Below, one piece after another: positions 1-8,670 of a stretch of DNA of 64,000 nt. Position 1 is the stretch's first letter; every line of letters starts with the position of its first letter. The translations under genes and the position numbers were made by a program. The DNA comes from Fidelibacterota bacterium (GTDB taxonomy: Bacteria > Fidelibacterota > Marinisomatia > Marinisomatales > TCS55): the NCBI GenBank assembly GCA_034658595.1, contig JAYEFG010000010.1:353-64352 (forward strand). Reading direction: 5' to 3'. The notes below the pieces were generated by a model. That model ran no database searches, had not been told where the DNA came from, and saw nothing but the letters and a program-made list of their open reading frames with translations.

Positions 1-63
1 AACTTGCCATTGTGACTGAAGAAGAATTCATTGATACCTATTAATGGTCAAAAGGAGAAAAAA

Positions 64-1173
64 ATGATTATGAAAAGAATATTAACAATTACCTCTGTCT
101 TGGCCATGTTCGCCAGTTTATCTGTGGCACAGAATACAGATGCTGGCGCAAGGGAGTCATTGCTTTATCGCGCAGAATCGGGTGCCCGTAATGGTACAGC
201 TGGTGCTTCACAGTTATTAATACCGCAAGGAGCAAAATACCTTACTGGAGGCGGCGCAGTTGCCACGGCAACTGGTGTAGGTGCAACTTATTGGAATCCG
301 GCCGGTATAGCGCGAACGAAAAGTGCAGTTGAAACTTCATTTTCCAATCGATCTTACTTCGCGGATATGTCTGTATCTTTTTTTGGCGCCGTATTAAAAG
401 CTGGGAGTAATGCCTTTGGTGTGAATGTTCGTACAGTTGATATTGGTGAAATTGATGTAACAACGGTGTTTTCACCGGATGGTACAGGAGAAAAATTTAC
501 TCCTTCGAACTTCACAGCTGGATTTACATATGCACGGATGATGTCTAGCCGTACAAGTATGGGAATGTCACTAAACCTTACCAGTGAAGGATTTAGACGT
601 GTTCAGGGCAGAGGCATTACAATTGATGCCGGTGTTCAATACTCTGACTTTCTCAATGTCTCTGGCTTGGACGTCGGAGTTGTAGTAAGAAATTTTGGTC
701 AACCAATGCGATATGATGGTTCAGGCCTATTGCGCGATGCTATTGCACTGGGCACGGATAGACAAACGACAAAATACAAAGTTGAAGCGGCAAAGTTTGA
801 CATGCCCCTTGTAATGGAAATAGGGACCAAATATAATATGAGTACTAATATTTCTTTAGCCGGTACTTATGAAGTGAACAACTTTGATCAGGATAAAATA
901 AAACTAACAGGCACATTTAACATACCGGGATTATTAGCGGTACGCACAGGATATTTATTGAATGTTCAATCTGTTGATATACAGGATAATGTTACAACTG
1001 AAAATGTAGATGAAAGCGAATCTTCCTTAGAAAATATCTTTGGTGGTCTTTCTTTTGGTGGTTCACTAAGTCTCCAACGCACCTTAGGTATCAATGCTTC
1101 GATTGATTATGCCTATATTCCTGTAAAGCACTTTGATGGTAATACAGTGTTCACATTGAACGTTGGCTTCTAA
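64..1173 (+). CDS. outer-membrane beta-barrel protein, PorV/FadL-like (T9SS-associated family suspected)
   Basis: ORF 31-1173. Preferred start is ATG 64 (AGGAG at 53-57), giving signal peptide MIMKRILTITSVLAMFASLSVAQ. The block GASQLLIPQGAKYLTGGGAVATATGVGATYWNPAGIA resembles the conserved N-terminal block of PorV-type barrels. Alternating strand pattern and aromatic C-terminus (...LNVGF). Confidence 0.5.
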   Translation: MIMKRILTITSVLAMFASLSVAQNTDAGARESLLYRAESGARNGTAGASQLLIPQGAKYLTGGGAVATATGVGATYWNPAGIARTKSAVETSFSNRSYFADMSVSFFGAVLKAGSNAFGVNVRTVDIGEIDVTTVFSPDGTGEKFTPSNFTAGFTYARMMSSRTSMGMSLNLTSEGFRRVQGRGITIDAGVQYSDFLNVSGLDVGVVVRNFGQPMRYDGSGLLRDAIALGTDRQTTKYKVEAAKFDMPLVMEIGTKYNMSTNISLAGTYEVNNFDQDKIKLTGTFNIPGLLAVRTGYLLNVQSVDIQDNVTTENVDESESSLENIFGGLSFGGSLSLQRTLGINASIDYAYIPVKHFDGNTVFTLNVGF

Positions 1174-1196
1174 AAAGCTGAAAAAATAAAATGATG

Positions 1197-1233
1197 AAAA
1201 AGCCCTGTCGATTTTTGACAGGGCTTTTTTTTA
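1197..1233 (+). terminator. rho-independent terminator
   Basis: Perfect 9-bp stem AGCCCTGTC (1201-1209) / GACAGGGCT (1217-1225), 7-nt loop, T8 run to 1232. The A-run upstream makes it potentially bidirectional. Confidence 0.85.
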
Positions 1234-1257
1234 TCTATTTGTAATATATTTGCCCGT

Positions 1258-3132
1258 ATGAATTATCGGCTGAATCCAAAATGGTTCCTGTTTTTCCTTG
1301 TTTTCATCAGCGGATGCGCGAAGGATAAGCAGACTAACAACATGTTCCAGATACCCAAACCCGCCTTCAAGGATAACCCCCCCCAGGTTTCATTTTCAGA
1401 TTTCATTGGTTCTGAGCAGTGCCAGACTTGCCACGAGGATATTTTTGCCCAATGGAAAAATTCAACTCATGCAAATGCGGGAGGCAAACCGGAGGAAATA
1501 AAAATTATAGCGCCCTTTGACGGCAAGCCAATCCCCTTAGCAGATGTTACGGTTTATCCTGAACAGAAAAATCAGGGTTATCAATTCAGAATCATTGACA
1601 ATGAAACAAAGCATGAACAAACATTCATCGTTGAAGCAGTGGTTGGCGGCGGCTTTATGGTTGGCGGCGGGACACAAACATTTTTCGGGAAACATGAGGA
1701 TGGGACCTACAGATTTTTACCCTTTGATTTCAGTAAGGATGAGAATGACTGGTTTGTGCAGGTCAAAGGTTCTGAAAAATGGAAAAAGGCCGATAAAGAT
1801 ATAGAATTGGATCAATTGGTTAATTGGCCGCCTCACCGGGCATTGGGGGAAATAGAGGATATTTCCAACTGCCAAAATTGCCATGGTAGCCAGGTAATAA
1901 GCCGCAAGGCAGGGAACAGGTATAAAACACAATTTACCACTTTAGCCATTAACTGCGAGTCCTGCCACGGCCCCGCAAAAACACATGTGTCTTCCATGTC
2001 TGATATTGTCCGGGGTATTACTGCAAGCGCAACAAATATCGGAATAGAAACATTGGCAGGCATTACGCCAAAGAAAAGTTTAAATATCTGTTTTCAATGT
2101 CACGCGGTTAAAACACCACTGAAAAACGGGTTTCTTCCGGGAGAGAATATGGAAGAATTTTATTCCCTTCGTATGGCCTTGCTGGGAAATGAAAATCCAT
2201 ATTCAATTGACGGCAGGATTAAATCATTTGGATACCAGCAAAATCACCTGTTCAGCGATTGTTTCATTAATGGCGCAATGACCTGTACCAGTTGTCATAA
2301 TCCACACAGCCAGGATTACCAGGATATTAATCGGGAAAAATTAGCCAATCGGTTTGATGACCGGCAATGCACAGCCTGTCACGCCGCAAAAGCAGAAAAT
2401 ATTCCAGCCCACACTTTTCATGTTTCAGGCTCAGAAGGGAGTAAGTGTATCTCCTGCCATATGCCCTTCCGCCAGCATGTAGGGATTGGAAATGAAATCA
2501 GGTTTACACGATCCGATCATACTGTTTCAATTCCACGCCCTGTTTACGATCAGTCACAAGGGTTTGAATCTGCCTGTATTCAATGTCATTCTAATCAAAC
2601 TGAAGCGGCGTTACAGGATTATGTAAATGAATGGTGGGGTGTTTTAAAACCACTTAATCCTGTTATCGCTAACCGCTTAAAAATAACCGCTAAAACAAGT
2701 CCGGCAGAAGCTGCGGAATTGTTGCTGCGCCCGGAATTGAGTCATAGCATGGGGCAATTTTCCAATATGAGCTATTTTATTAAGCGCTATCTATCCCCGG
2801 GGATGTCCGTATTGGATCAAAATATAATAAAGAAATTGATGGCTTATGCTCAACAAGATGATATTGATTTAAAAGCGCTGGCTATTGCCGGATTACATTA
2901 CAGCCAGTATAACAATCCACAAGTTCAATTATTTATCGCTGGGCAATTGGAAAGTATGGAGAAAATGGAACAATCCGTCCGTCTTCGATGGGGTATGATT
3001 TTAGATTATTTCGGTACTGTATTTTATTTAGTTGGTGACCGCCCGCGGGCAATCGAATGTTATGAACTGGCAAAACAGGTTTTGCCGGATGATAAAAATA
3101 TCCGGGAAAACTTAGCCCGGGCGAAAACTTAA
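1258..3132 (+). CDS. octaheme c-type cytochrome lipoprotein with TPR-like C-terminal domain
   Basis: Eight CxxCH motifs: CQTCH, CQNCH, CESCH, CFQCH, CTSCH, CTACH, CISCH, CIQCH. Lipobox-type signal (FLVFISGC). The last ~170 aa are helical and TPR-like (GDRPRAIECYELAKQVLPDDKNIRENLARAK). Confidence 0.85.
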   Translation: MNYRLNPKWFLFFLVFISGCAKDKQTNNMFQIPKPAFKDNPPQVSFSDFIGSEQCQTCHEDIFAQWKNSTHANAGGKPEEIKIIAPFDGKPIPLADVTVYPEQKNQGYQFRIIDNETKHEQTFIVEAVVGGGFMVGGGTQTFFGKHEDGTYRFLPFDFSKDENDWFVQVKGSEKWKKADKDIELDQLVNWPPHRALGEIEDISNCQNCHGSQVISRKAGNRYKTQFTTLAINCESCHGPAKTHVSSMSDIVRGITASATNIGIETLAGITPKKSLNICFQCHAVKTPLKNGFLPGENMEEFYSLRMALLGNENPYSIDGRIKSFGYQQNHLFSDCFINGAMTCTSCHNPHSQDYQDINREKLANRFDDRQCTACHAAKAENIPAHTFHVSGSEGSKCISCHMPFRQHVGIGNEIRFTRSDHTVSIPRPVYDQSQGFESACIQCHSNQTEAALQDYVNEWWGVLKPLNPVIANRLKITAKTSPAEAAELLLRPELSHSMGQFSNMSYFIKRYLSPGMSVLDQNIIKKLMAYAQQDDIDLKALAIAGLHYSQYNNPQVQLFIAGQLESMEKMEQSVRLRWGMILDYFGTVFYLVGDRPRAIECYELAKQVLPDDKNIRENLARAKT

Positions 3133-4184
3133 TTTCTGAAAAGGGAATTCAGGGCAGGGTAGAGTTTTTCATAGGGCAGATTCTGACCAAAATAATATTC
3201 ACCCTTTTCATCCTGCAGGATAAGTTCCCAGTGAAGGTGGGATTCATCACGGGTGCCTAAAGTACTTGGCCGTGTTCCTGTATTTCCTGATTTAGCAAAT
3301 ACTTCACCGGCTTTTATTCGATAACCCGCTTTAACATTTGGATTTATATGGGAAAGATGGGCGTATATGGTGATGGTGCGGTATCCGGGGAAAAGATCAA
3401 AGCCATGATCAATGAAAACGGCCTTCCCGAGCAAAATACTGTTGAAAATATCCGAAGGTGTTCGATCAAGCTTTGCGGCACGACTTAGAATGTTAACCCT
3501 GAAATCGGCGGGGATTTCTTTATAATTTAAATCGGATCGTATTATAAGCCCCTTTGCTACGGCCTGGATGGAAGTCCCCCAGTCTGAAAAAAAATCGATC
3601 CCCCGGTGAATTCCGGATCGGTATGTCCTGGGTGCGTTAGGAAGCCTGGTAGCCTTTTTAGGGATATTCAGGCCCTGGCAGGGCAGAATTAATGCTGTTG
3701 CGGGTACAATGATTGAAAAATCGGGAATTAAACCCCCTCTGTCGAACAAAGGCTCAAGGGGGAGGGTCTGTACCGTTTTCGCTAAAATATGGCGAATTTC
3801 GGGCATTATATAACTTGTATCCACTGCATAGGTAAGGATGATTTGATTACCGCTCTTATCTAGGTTAGATAATGTGCGCATTAATTTATGATTTGAAATT
3901 TTTGCTGATATTACCTCTGCATACATAACCTTGGAAGAATCATGTAATCCCGGTTGGACCCGATCAATTAACGTCCCTAATGATACAGGTTGGTTTGCTA
4001 AAATTGTTAAAGAATCCAAGTTGGCCAATTCATAATTGGTAATGATACTGGCGGTAAGGCTGTCGATTGAAAAGTGAAGCGCAGGGATGACTGCTGTGGA
4101 TTCTTTTTCAGGCCCAGGAGAATCAAGCATGGGTGCCGTACAGGCATTGAGTACAGCCAAGAGTAAAAATAAAAAGCGCTTCAA
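3129..4184 (-). CDS. M23 family (LytM-type) metallopeptidase lipoprotein
   Basis: GIHRGIDF (HxxxD-type) and SHLHWELI (HxH) motifs. I place the start at TTG 4184 rather than the track's 4310. This gives a textbook lipoprotein signal, MKRFLFLLLAVLNAC, and removes the 122-nt overlap with the upstream gene. Confidence 0.8.
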   Translation of the reverse strand: MKRFLFLLLAVLNACTAPMLDSPGPEKESTAVIPALHFSIDSLTASIITNYELANLDSLTILANQPVSLGTLIDRVQPGLHDSSKVMYAEVISAKISNHKLMRTLSNLDKSGNQIILTYAVDTSYIMPEIRHILAKTVQTLPLEPLFDRGGLIPDFSIIVPATALILPCQGLNIPKKATRLPNAPRTYRSGIHRGIDFFSDWGTSIQAVAKGLIIRSDLNYKEIPADFRVNILSRAAKLDRTPSDIFNSILLGKAVFIDHGFDLFPGYRTITIYAHLSHINPNVKAGYRIKAGEVFAKSGNTGTRPSTLGTRDESHLHWELILQDEKGEYYFGQNLPYEKLYPALNSLFRN

Positions 4185-4188
4185 GGAA

Positions 4189-4614
4189 TCAGGTGTTTTC
4201 TTGGAGGGTTTTAAGCCCGTCAATATAAATGCTTTCTGGGGGCCCAATAATTGTGGTTTCACACACATCTGAGAATATTGAATCATCTTTTTCAATATCT
4301 TGAAATCCATCCGAGAATAATAATTGGACAGCGGGAATATCAGCTATTTTTATAGCATCGCGGATCGAATATTCATAGTTAGCCCACGCCATTGGCGCAA
4401 AGAGTAGTCCCTGGGCCCAGTTGCGGTTCCGCTGGATAAAATTGAGGGCCTGAAACACTTTATGGGTTTGGGTAATTTTTAAGGTAATATCCCCATTTCT
4501 AACGTGACGCCCTAGGCCCGTATTAATTTTATCCAATGTGATGCGCTGGCCCAATTGTGCTGAAATTGATCCAATCAAATTCAGGTTTGGTCCGTGTAAA
4601 ACGAGTATATTCAT
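4189..4614 (-). CDS. type II 3-dehydroquinate dehydratase-like protein, divergent, catalytic motifs apparently lost
   Basis: The N-terminus MNILVLHGPNLNLIG matches the AroQ signature, and length (141 aa) and layout fit the fold. The expected Tyr-Gly, NPGAxTHTS and EVH(L/I)SN blocks are replaced (see finding). Confidence 0.55.
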   Translation of the reverse strand: MNILVLHGPNLNLIGSISAQLGQRITLDKINTGLGRHVRNGDITLKITQTHKVFQALNFIQRNRNWAQGLLFAPMAWANYEYSIRDAIKIADIPAVQLLFSDGFQDIEKDDSIFSDVCETTIIGPPESIYIDGLKTLQENT

Positions 4615-4632
4615 AATTCTGTAAACAAGAAT

Positions 4633-5022
4633 TTAGCGCATGGGAACCAAATGCCCGATAATATAGCCAATAATAGTTCCGATCAATAATGCTAATGTAA
4701 GTACGCGAGATTTGGTGAATTCACTACGATATCCCTTTTTAATGGCAACAGCACCGACAAAATAGCCCAGGGCGTTTAATATCCAGAAAAATGGGATGGC
4801 AAATATTTTAATGATGAAGGGGCCAATCAAGGGAACCATTGCGATTAAGGCCGCCAGTCCGGCGAAGGCCTGGGTGAATACACCGATGATTACCGTTCCG
4901 AAAACAACGACTTTTTTATCAATACCAAATTTTAAGGCGACTGAAATGGCCAGGACGATACCCATCCATATAAGAATCTGCCTGCCGTAGGTTTTAAAAA
5001 AGGTCTGTTTACTTATCTGCAA
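4633..5022 (-). CDS. small integral membrane protein (about 4 TM helices), unknown function
   Basis: 129-aa ORF, hydrophobic throughout. Co-directional and overlapping the upstream gene by 14 nt. Confidence 0.5.
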   Translation of the reverse strand: MQISKQTFFKTYGRQILIWMGIVLAISVALKFGIDKKVVVFGTVIIGVFTQAFAGLAALIAMVPLIGPFIIKIFAIPFFWILNALGYFVGAVAIKKGYRSEFTKSRVLTLALLIGTIIGYIIGHLVPMR

Positions 5023-5692
5023 TTATAATCTCGTAAGGGAATCCGTATGCTGTTATCTTAACCCTAATTATACGACGATTTCCATTTCGTTCCACCCAGA
5101 TTTGACGAACGGCATCCGGGTTGGGGGCATAATGCATTAAACGATCTGTTTTCTGCAGAAAGCCGGCAGAATCATTAATATATTCCATATCCATCCGGAA
5201 ATAATCGCATAATATATTTGTATTGCCGACTTTTATTGTTTCAGTACCAGCCCACAAAAAACGGCCGCGCATGGGCCGGCCTTCATGCTCCATTTCAAAC
5301 CATTTAGTATCCAGTATTTTGTAAGGCTGGCGGATTAAGCGGACAAACGAGGTAAACAGGGTCTGGGTGGAATCGGGAAAATTCCTAGTTTCATCTTTAA
5401 ATTTGAGAATACCATTTTTCAGTTCAATGAATACCCTTTGCTTGAAATCCTCTTGTTTGATTTTCTTTTTGAAGGATTTTAAGCCAAAGTGCACAGAATC
5501 AAAATGTGTGGTATAAGTATTGACAGCCGGCCAGATCATATCAATGATACCAACTGTCTCGTATTTCAATTTAACGGAATCAGCCTTTAAATTGTATTTT
5601 GCTTTAGCTACCGGAAACCCATATACATTAGCCGAGTAATTTTGACCCCCCAGGGCCGATATAAAGATGAGAAATGAAAAAATCCTGCCCAT
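5009..5692 (-). CDS. secreted hypothetical protein (DUF3108-like suspected)
   Basis: 227-aa ORF with N-terminal signal peptide (MGRIFSFLIFISALGG) and strand-rich composition. The family call is only an impression. Confidence 0.4.
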   Translation of the reverse strand: MGRIFSFLIFISALGGQNYSANVYGFPVAKAKYNLKADSVKLKYETVGIIDMIWPAVNTYTTHFDSVHFGLKSFKKKIKQEDFKQRVFIELKNGILKFKDETRNFPDSTQTLFTSFVRLIRQPYKILDTKWFEMEHEGRPMRGRFLWAGTETIKVGNTNILCDYFRMDMEYINDSAGFLQKTDRLMHYAPNPDAVRQIWVERNGNRRIIRVKITAYGFPYEIIIADK

Positions 5693-5704
5693 GACAGGTA
5701 ATGC

Positions 5705-7078
5705 TTAAGAAGTAACGAGGAAAGAACCGGCAATCAAGAAATAAAAGGCAACACCAAGGATATCAATGGCGGTGGTTACAAAAGGGCCCGTGGCAACTGC
5801 CGGATCAATATCAAATTGATTCAGGATTAAAGGAACCATAGAACCAATCGTAGTAGCTATAATCATGGATAAACAGATACTTAATCCAACCACGACACCG
5901 AGTATAGGCGATACATCTATAAACCGGAAAATGGCAAACAGGCCTAAAAGGATGCCGTATAAAATGCCCAAGATGAGTCCAACGCGAATCTCCTTGAATA
6001 AAACTTTCGCAGAATTTTCGAACCCAACGCGGCCTGTGGCTAATCCGCGGACAATAATTGTGGATGACTGAGTGCCAATATTTCCCCCCATTCCCATGAT
6101 CACCGGGATAAAAGCAGCGAGAGCAATCGTACTTTGAAGCACATTATTAAAAATGCCGATTATAAAAGCAGCTAAAATACCGCCAATCCAACTGGCGAAA
6201 AGCCAGGGAAGGCGCATGCGGGCATTTTCCCAGGAAGATTTTAACAGGATTTCACGATCCTTACCGGCCCCAACCATCTGCAAGAAGTCTTCGGTGGCTT
6301 CTTCACGAATCACGTCCACCACATCATCCACGGTAACAATTCCCAATAATTGTTCATCTGAATCCACCACCGGTACAGCGAGAAAATTATATTGAGACAC
6401 AATTTTGGCGACTTCTTCCTGGTCCGTTTCAAGCCGTACGGCGTGCACCTTACGGGACATGGTATCTTTCAGCATCGTATCACCGGGCGTTGTTACCAAA
6501 TCCCGCAAGGAAACTACTCCAGTCAGACACCCATCATCATCCACGGCATAGAGATAAAATACCATTTCCGCTTCTTCCTGATCCTGCAAGGCTGTGATCG
6601 CATCCCTTGCCTTGGTTTCTTCGTGGAGCGTAAAAACATCGGTATACATAAGGCTCCCGGCACTGTCCTCCGGGTAGGCCATCATTTCTTCCAGTTCTTC
6701 CTGCTCTTCGGCTTGGAGCAGATTAATTACAGAAGTTGCATATTCTTCATTCACCAATCCCATGAGGTAAGCCTGTTCATTAGAGCTGGCTTCTTCCAGG
6801 ATAGACGCCATGCGCTGAGGTGCTTCCTGCTCTAACAGGCGAATGGTGATTGATTCATCAAGTTCACTTAAGAATTCTACTGTTTCTTCTGCAGGATCCA
6901 TTAGTGCAAAAATTTTTTCCTGTTCACTTTCGTTGAAATAACGGAAGATTAGGGCCATATCTGCTGGGTGAGTTTTATTGATCAGCTTTATGATATTGGT
7001 TTTTGCATGACGACGAAGAAGACGTCTAAAAGTGTTACGCAAGACAGTAATTTCAGTACCAAACATTTCTTTTTTCAT
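5705..7078 (-). CDS. mgtE: magnesium transporter MgtE
   Basis: N-terminal MgtE domain, a CBS pair (VDDDGCLTGVVSLRDL ... VVDSDEQLLGIVTVDDV) and a C-terminal 5-TM MgtE channel domain (GGNIGTQSS). Confidence 0.95.
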   Translation of the reverse strand: MKKEMFGTEITVLRNTFRRLLRRHAKTNIIKLINKTHPADMALIFRYFNESEQEKIFALMDPAEETVEFLSELDESITIRLLEQEAPQRMASILEEASSNEQAYLMGLVNEEYATSVINLLQAEEQEELEEMMAYPEDSAGSLMYTDVFTLHEETKARDAITALQDQEEAEMVFYLYAVDDDGCLTGVVSLRDLVTTPGDTMLKDTMSRKVHAVRLETDQEEVAKIVSQYNFLAVPVVDSDEQLLGIVTVDDVVDVIREEATEDFLQMVGAGKDREILLKSSWENARMRLPWLFASWIGGILAAFIIGIFNNVLQSTIALAAFIPVIMGMGGNIGTQSSTIIVRGLATGRVGFENSAKVLFKEIRVGLILGILYGILLGLFAIFRFIDVSPILGVVVGLSICLSMIIATTIGSMVPLILNQFDIDPAVATGPFVTTAIDILGVAFYFLIAGSFLVTS

Positions 7079-7079
7079 C

Positions 7080-7877
7080 TTAAGCTCCCTGCCCCGTTTT
7101 CAGTTGTTTAAATCCAAACCAGAAAAAACTTCCACCAATGATCAGCCATATGGGATTGATATGGCCATGCCAAAGTATTAGCGATTCAAAGAATTCACCC
7201 ATAGAAGAAAAAAGTAATGATGTGGCATTAATAATGATGTGAAAAATAATGGAAGGAATGATTGAATTGGTTTGCCAGGCCAGGAACCCCAAGAGGACGC
7301 CGAGAAAATAAATTTGAATCATCCAGTAGGGGTTAAAATGAATTGCAGCAAAGAACAGGCTTGAGAGAAGGATTGCCCGTGTGATATCCCCCCAGGCATT
7401 TTCCAGGTATTTTTGCAAGAATCCTCGGAAGAGAATTTCTTCTCCAACGGGCGCAAGAATAACTACGGTAAAAATGAGTAAAACAAGCGATAGGGGGTTA
7501 TCCGGGGTCAGCATAGCTTCAACCTGCAGAAAAGAATCAGGCATGGGTATAACCATATCTACCAGCAAATTAATTTCGTCAGAAAGAATCATGGCCCCCA
7601 AGGATAGCAATATAGTTGCAAATACAGTATTTCTTGAAACAGGATTGATTCGTAAAGTTTCAGAAAGGGTAAAATTTTTTCGTAATAAATAGATAATCAC
7701 CGGTACAACCAGAAATGCTTGGCCGATAAACATGGCAAAGTAGGTAGGAAGACCCGGCTTAGCGCCGGACAGGATGGACGAATCCAAGGCGCTGAATATT
7801 GAGCCGATAATCAGCGCTGAAAGGACCGATAATAATACGATCCCGAATGCGAACCGTACTGAGAGGGTCCGGTTCAT
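7080..7877 (-). CDS. CPBP family intramembrane glutamic endopeptidase (CAAX protease-like)
   Basis: Polytopic membrane protein with EEILFRG, FAAIHF and FHIIINA motifs. Confidence 0.85.
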   Translation of the reverse strand: MNRTLSVRFAFGIVLLSVLSALIIGSIFSALDSSILSGAKPGLPTYFAMFIGQAFLVVPVIIYLLRKNFTLSETLRINPVSRNTVFATILLSLGAMILSDEINLLVDMVIPMPDSFLQVEAMLTPDNPLSLVLLIFTVVILAPVGEEILFRGFLQKYLENAWGDITRAILLSSLFFAAIHFNPYWMIQIYFLGVLLGFLAWQTNSIIPSIIFHIIINATSLLFSSMGEFFESLILWHGHINPIWLIIGGSFFWFGFKQLKTGQGA

Positions 7878-7947
7878 GGGGGTCTGAATCCATTCTAATC
7901 ACAATCCAAGAAGTTACGGCTTTCTTGGTACACGGGAAAACATCCCT

Positions 7948-8670
7948 TTACCGAGTTAATTTTTGGAGTAAAATGCCCATGGCGACACCAACATTGAGGG
8001 ATTCGCCTTCCCCGATCTTCGAGATTGCAACTGCTTGATCTAACCGGGATTTGACGCCGTCACTCAATCCATGGGCTTCACTGCCCATCACCAAAACCCA
8101 TTTTTTTGGTTTCTTACCCATCGTATTGATGGAAACACCCCTTTGGTCTGCACCGATGAAAAAGTGGTCATTTAATTTCTCCAATTTTATTTGTCCGATC
8201 CATGATAAATGAAAATGAGCACCCATTGCACTGCGGACCACTTTGGGATTGTATGGATCAATACACCCGTCAGAAAGTGCGACTTGATGAAGGCCGAACC
8301 AGGATGCTGTTCGAAGGATGGTTCCCATATTACCGGGGTCGGATACACCGTCCAGGAAAATGAAGTTATTATTCATATCGGGTGAATTAAATACTGGGAT
8401 TTTACAAATAGCCAGGATTCCCGGAGGTGTTGAGGAAGGGGATAGCTGTCTCATTTCTGATTCTGAAACAGTTTCAATTTTAATGGAATTAAAGAGACCC
8501 GAATTTTTAATTGCAAAGGATTCCGTTGTTAAGACAAAGTCTATGGGTGCCTTTGCTGGTAATGCTTCCTTAACGGTGCGGAGACCTTCAATAATAAAAA
8601 GCCCATGTTTATCCCTAAACTTTTTCTGATGCAGTGAGCGAATTCGTTTATTTTTGCTTTGGCTTGTCAA
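7948..8670 (-). CDS. TrmH/SpoU family RNA 2'-O-methyltransferase
   Basis: SpoU motifs LDGVSDPGNMGTILRTA, VMGSEAHGLS and ESLNVGVAMGILL. 4-nt overlap with the upstream gene. Confidence 0.85.
   Translation of the reverse strand: MTSQSKNKRIRSLHQKKFRDKHGLFIIEGLRTVKEALPAKAPIDFVLTTESFAIKNSGLFNSIKIETVSESEMRQLSPSSTPPGILAICKIPVFNSPDMNNNFIFLDGVSDPGNMGTILRTASWFGLHQVALSDGCIDPYNPKVVRSAMGAHFHLSWIGQIKLEKLNDHFFIGADQRGVSINTMGKKPKKWVLVMGSEAHGLSDGVKSRLDQAVAISKIGEGESLNVGVAMGILLQKLTR

Noticed and set aside
7078-7080. Expected an M-box (Mg riboswitch) leader in front of mgtE
   Set aside because: mgtE starts 2 nt after the stop of the upstream CPBP protease gene, so there is no leader in which a riboswitch could reside.
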